A stretch of DNA of 63,466 bases, counting the filler, from Aduncisulcus paluster (taxonomy: Eukaryota): the NCBI GenBank assembly GCA_024181965.1. It is 16 parts of 16 records of this genome, joined end to end, with 100 filler letters (N's around TTAATTAATTAA, not from the genome) between each part and the next. Parts side by side here need not be neighbours in the genome. Positions count along the whole stretch, not along the records: positions 59,736 to 61,668 come from BQXS01011819.1; positions 61,769 to 63,466 come from BQXS01011821.1; 14 more parts are not named here. One strand, given 5' to 3'. Every line of letters begins with the position of its first letter. Position 1 is the stretch's first letter. A model generated the notes under the pieces. That model saw only the letters and a program-made list of their open reading frames with translations. It searched no databases and was not told the DNA's origin. The position numbers and the translations under genes were made by a program. Shown here piece after piece: positions 59,736 through 63,466 of this stretch.

Positions 59736-60462
59736 CAATCACACCAAGACAGATAATGGATGTAATGGACCTTCTGGGGATAGTGCCTGATTTACACACC
59801 TCAATGAAGGTAGGAAATGCCGGGATACTGGCTATACCGACCACAGCGGTTCCGACAAGCAAGGAAAAGGAATTAATGGCAAATGGGCCAAATATAGTAG
59901 TAACATTCTTCTGAACAAAAATCTCAATCGTATAAACAATGATATCGAGGAATATAAGAAAAGTTCCAAGGTGGCTGGACGCATCACCCTCTCTAATGTC
60001 CTGAATGATCAAGACAGGGTTGATGGTAATGATAGTGCCGCATATACCGAAAATAAGCCCCAAAACAAGGATTTTGGTGATCTTTTCCCACCCTAAGATG
60101 GAACTTATCACCATGGCAATGAAAGGCTGGGTGGCATAGATGACTCCACACATGATTGCACTTGTGTATTGCAGCCCAGTTGCAAGAAGGATCTCGTGAA
60201 CTCCATGGATTAATCCAAGAAGCAGGAACCATTTCCCATGATTCTTAATGGCTTCTTTTGTAGGTTTATCAACGATAAACACGAATGGCAAAAGAATCAG
60301 CCCACCCATAGCAACTCGCATAAGGGCTACAATTGTTGCTGGAATACCTCCATTTCCATCGTCATCACCATTAATAGCCCATTGTACCCAAAAATCAACA
60401 AGAGAACAAATGCCTTGATCGAGAATGAATAGAATGATAGCAACGATCTCTACTGATTCCAT
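59736..60462 (-). CDS. EamA/DMT-family membrane transporter, 3' partial
   Basis: Multiple TM helices; ALMRVAMGGLILLP, GLQYTSAIMCGVIYATQPFIAMVISSILGWEKIT and LGLIFGICG. Confidence 0.9.
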
Positions 60463-61904
60463 TTTTAAGATATCAATGGTATAAAATGATGGAAATATGT
60501 TAGATTTAAGATCTATTCTCCCCCAATTTTTCTATTTTCTTCCTTTTTCTCCTTTTATAATTCTCACAAAATGTTCTAAATCGGGACTCCTGTTCGAGTA
60601 TTTTTTGACCCTCATATCAGTGAGACAGTACTGAAAATTACAATGTCCCTTTAATATGATTATTCTTGATTATATCAATTCACCACCACACAAAACATTT
60701 TATATCGACTTTTTTATTTTCCTAACTTCATCCTTTTTGGTACGAAATAGTTCGTTTTTGTTTCGGCGCTGTTCATCATAATTTTGAATAAAAATGCCCC
60801 CCTTCAAGTAATTCTAACCTATTAGTATTCCATAGTGTCCAGAATATTGTTATTAAATGTTTGTATGTGTCCCCAGTTACATTTGCTAATTTTCAATATC
60901 ACGCACTTTATATTGCTCAAACATTGATGTCGTTTGGGATTTTCAGGTCAAAAATATTACGCATTAAATAATAACCTCCGATTTATATACATTGAACGTC
61001 GTTTTCACAAAAACTCATTCAGCTTCACAAAACTTTGCTTCATCTTCAAGCAAGCCAAATAAAGAAACTGCGGTCCGGTGTAAAGTGAAATACGGACATA
61101 AAACTGCTATAAAAATATATTAAAATGTAAAATCAAAACCAAATGATGATTTACATAAATTTACATTTTCCATTGCTACTGTGATTGAACAACCAACTTA
61201 GGTATTAATATTTCAGAGAAAGGAAGTTTATTACATCTCAGGCAAAGATTGGAGTAAAGAGGACGACATGAGGGGAGAATATAACATATGCGCCAAACTC
61301 AATTGAAAAACAACCAAATAAAGACACCTGCCGCAAACACACTCGCCGCTCCAGCAGCAATAGTGTTTCGAAAAACGTCTCTTCTACTCCATTAAACTGA
61401 ACAAACTCTTACTAGGTATTCCAAGTCGATTTTTCAGTCACTGACTCAGTGGCACTGAAATTCAGTGTCGATTTCAATAATATCCGTTATAAAGTTAGTT
61501 CAATTTCCATGGGACTATGAGCCCAAATAATCACCATAATATCGTCAAAATTGCCCGTGGACCCTTTTGTTTGTGGAATATTCAGTAATTATTTCAAACG
61601 TTGAAGTGGGGGGTCTCAAGAACTGCCACCAGCTTCCCAACATCGAATATGGGAAGGAATAATCAAATNNNNNNNNNNNNNNNNNNNNNNNNNNNNNNNN
61701 NNNNNNNNNNNNTTAATTAATTAANNNNNNNNNNNNNNNNNNNNNNNNNNNNNNNNNNNNNNNNNNNNGGTTACATTTCTTAAAACCGAAAATAAAATTA
61801 TAAATGTATTGCCAAAATTAATAAAATAAACAATATAAATAGTTTTTATCGTTATTAGAACATAAAGAATTTTATTATTATGTGATTTATGTTTTGCTTA
61901 CAAA

Positions 61905-62468
61905 ATGGAATCAAACCCTCCCATTTCAGGTTTGGACAGCTTCAAGACTATCAATAGAAACGTTAAGTTGGTTTTAAAAGCCACGAAACGTCGATACTCA
62001 GAGCTTAAAGAGATGATCTCTTCTTCTCTCCCCCCGATTATTTCTGGAGAAACCTCAGTCACTTCAACCAATATTGAAGCATTTTTAGACACTTCAAAGG
62101 TTTACTCTGCCGCCATTGAGTTTCTTTCAAAGAAGATTGCTGTCAGATTGCTGGATGCACTGTGTCACTATGAGTACGAAAAAAAGACTGTCAAGAGCAA
62201 CAGAAGACTACCTGAAGCAGATAGAAAGGATATTATTCTTGAAGAGATTCGGAACGATGGAAAATTTGGTGCAATTATTTCAGAATGGCCAGATTATAAA
62301 CTACTTGAATTTTACACAAAGTATCTGTCCATTCACACAAATAACTATTTGTCAAATATCAAAAAGCATCGTACAACACTCAAAGCAATGATTGATGACT
62401 GCAATGATGCATTTCATGAAAGATTTATTGTGTGGCGTTTGAGAAACGAACCTGTTACAATTTATTAG
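61905..62468 (+). CDS. Hypothetical protein (187 aa)
   Basis: Complete ATG-to-TAG ORF in very AT-rich flanks; no motif recognised. Confidence 0.6.
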   Translation: MESNPPISGLDSFKTINRNVKLVLKATKRRYSELKEMISSSLPPIISGETSVTSTNIEAFLDTSKVYSAAIEFLSKKIAVRLLDALCHYEYEKKTVKSNRRLPEADRKDIILEEIRNDGKFGAIISEWPDYKLLEFYTKYLSIHTNNYLSNIKKHRTTLKAMIDDCNDAFHERFIVWRLRNEPVTIY

Positions 62469-62697
62469 AAAGTAGAATAAAGTCAATGTATGTCCTAAAA
62501 ATAGAACATGAGAATCTATTAAACCATATGGAAATTAGGAACAAAAATATCAAATAATATTATATACTACGTATATAACATCCTGCCCTTCCTTTGATAA
62601 AGGTCTCTCCTTCTATATTTGTCAAAATAGATATCAAGAATTGTAAATTTTCTGTCAAAATAAATGTCTAAAAATTCCGAATTTTAGTGCAAAAATA

Positions 62698-62870
62698 TGT
62701 ATAATTTTTCATCAATAATTTATAATAATTTTATAAAAATATTATCGAATTTTTGTGTAATAATGTTGAATTTTTGTTCAATAACTTGGTCGAATTTTTC
62801 TTCGATAATTTTAAATTATTGTACTACAATAGTACAATTGTTCGGCCGAATTATTGCGAATTTCTGCAAA
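62698..62870. repeat. Degenerate ~22-nt AT-rich tandem repeat
   Basis: Units such as AATTTTTCATCAATAAT, GAATTTTTGTGTAATAATGTT, GAATTTTTGTTCAATAACTTGGTC and GAATTTTTCTTCGATAATTTT. Confidence 0.55.
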
Positions 62871-63466
62871 CTCCCCAAATTCATCTTTTCTTGATTTTTG
62901 TTTCATTTAAAGATTTAATTAGCAGGATTATATATAAATTATTACTCCCGGTATGTTATCATTATTTTTATAAACTTATTTTAATGAATAATTAACAAAA
63001 TGTAAATTTTCGACATTTCACATTTCTCCACGCTCTCCTAATATTCTATTGCGTGCTTTAATACATTCATAATGAGTTTTAATGATGATATAACTCATTT
63101 CCATTGATATTTTAATATAAAAATGATAAAAAGTTTTGAATTGTAAAATGACCTACTTTTGATGCGTATGCAAGGTAATTGCCTGAATTTTCTGACGTTT
63201 CAACGTTTTCCACTTGATTGAAACCTCTTCCTTTTCTGTTGTCACAGTTCGTGTGATTTTATATTGTTTTGTCTAAAATCATTTCCTGCCCCCTCTTTGG
63301 CTCCTCCTTTTCCAAAAAGAAGATCACTAATAAGTTTTTAAACCGATTCCCTCCCATAAAAACTTATATTTACCTATCATTTCATTATTTAAGACAGCTT
63401 TTCAATTGTTTTTAGATTATATTCAGTAATATCATCAATAAAAGATGTAAAAGATTCTTGTAATCA

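Noticed and set aside
2411..61768. Recurrent TTAATTAATTAA within N runs, as a repeat array or CRISPR-like element; ORFs ending in ...XXXLIN
   Set aside because: These are artificial concatenation linkers, and the LIN tails are translations of the linker.
1..63466. Gene-neighbourhood system linking PARP, vWA, kinase, helicase and EEP into a defence-like cluster
   Set aside because: These genes lie on different contigs joined artificially, so adjacency carries no information.
1..63466. Non-standard genetic code (TAA/TAG=Gln or TGA=Trp)
   Set aside because: Conserved proteins end at expected positions with TAA (14-3-3, PP2A-A, CNOT1) or TGA (dynein, PARP), and long ORFs are open in the standard code.

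Overview
This window is not one locus. It is 16 short contigs or scaffolds joined by 100-nt artificial linkers (N44-TTAATTAATTAA-N44), with four internal 20-N scaffold gaps. The DNA comes from a gene-dense, intron-poor flagellated microbial eukaryote that uses the standard code (TAA, TAG and TGA all end conserved or long ORFs; short GTATGT...AG introns). The style is consistent with a free-living fornicate such as Aduncisulcus, which is inference only. Recognisable genes, mostly truncated at contig ends: PP2A scaffold C-terminus, a vWA protein, a diverged Elp1-like protein, an H-Y-E PARP, an MDR oxidoreductase, 14-3-3, the meiotic helicase Mer3/HFM1, a spastin-like AAA ATPase, MATE and EamA transporters, CNOT1, an axonemal dynein heavy chain, an EEP hydrolase, RPC4, tRNA-Leu(TAA) and tRNA-Trp(CCA). 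An 803-codon minus-strand ORF at 1-2409 is missing from the ORF track. The most interesting items are: (i) an unrecognised tandem ~165-aa domain family, present stand-alone and fused to a Ser/Thr kinase, with a conserved putative 5'-UTR intron and two frameshifts in the kinase copy; (ii) a tRNA-Trp(CCA) with a 4-bp anticodon stem; (iii) unusual multidomain proteins (zinc finger + degenerate kinase + multi-TM; unknown alpha/beta domain + vWA; coiled coil + PARP). Many exact duplications and frameshifts are probably assembly artefacts.
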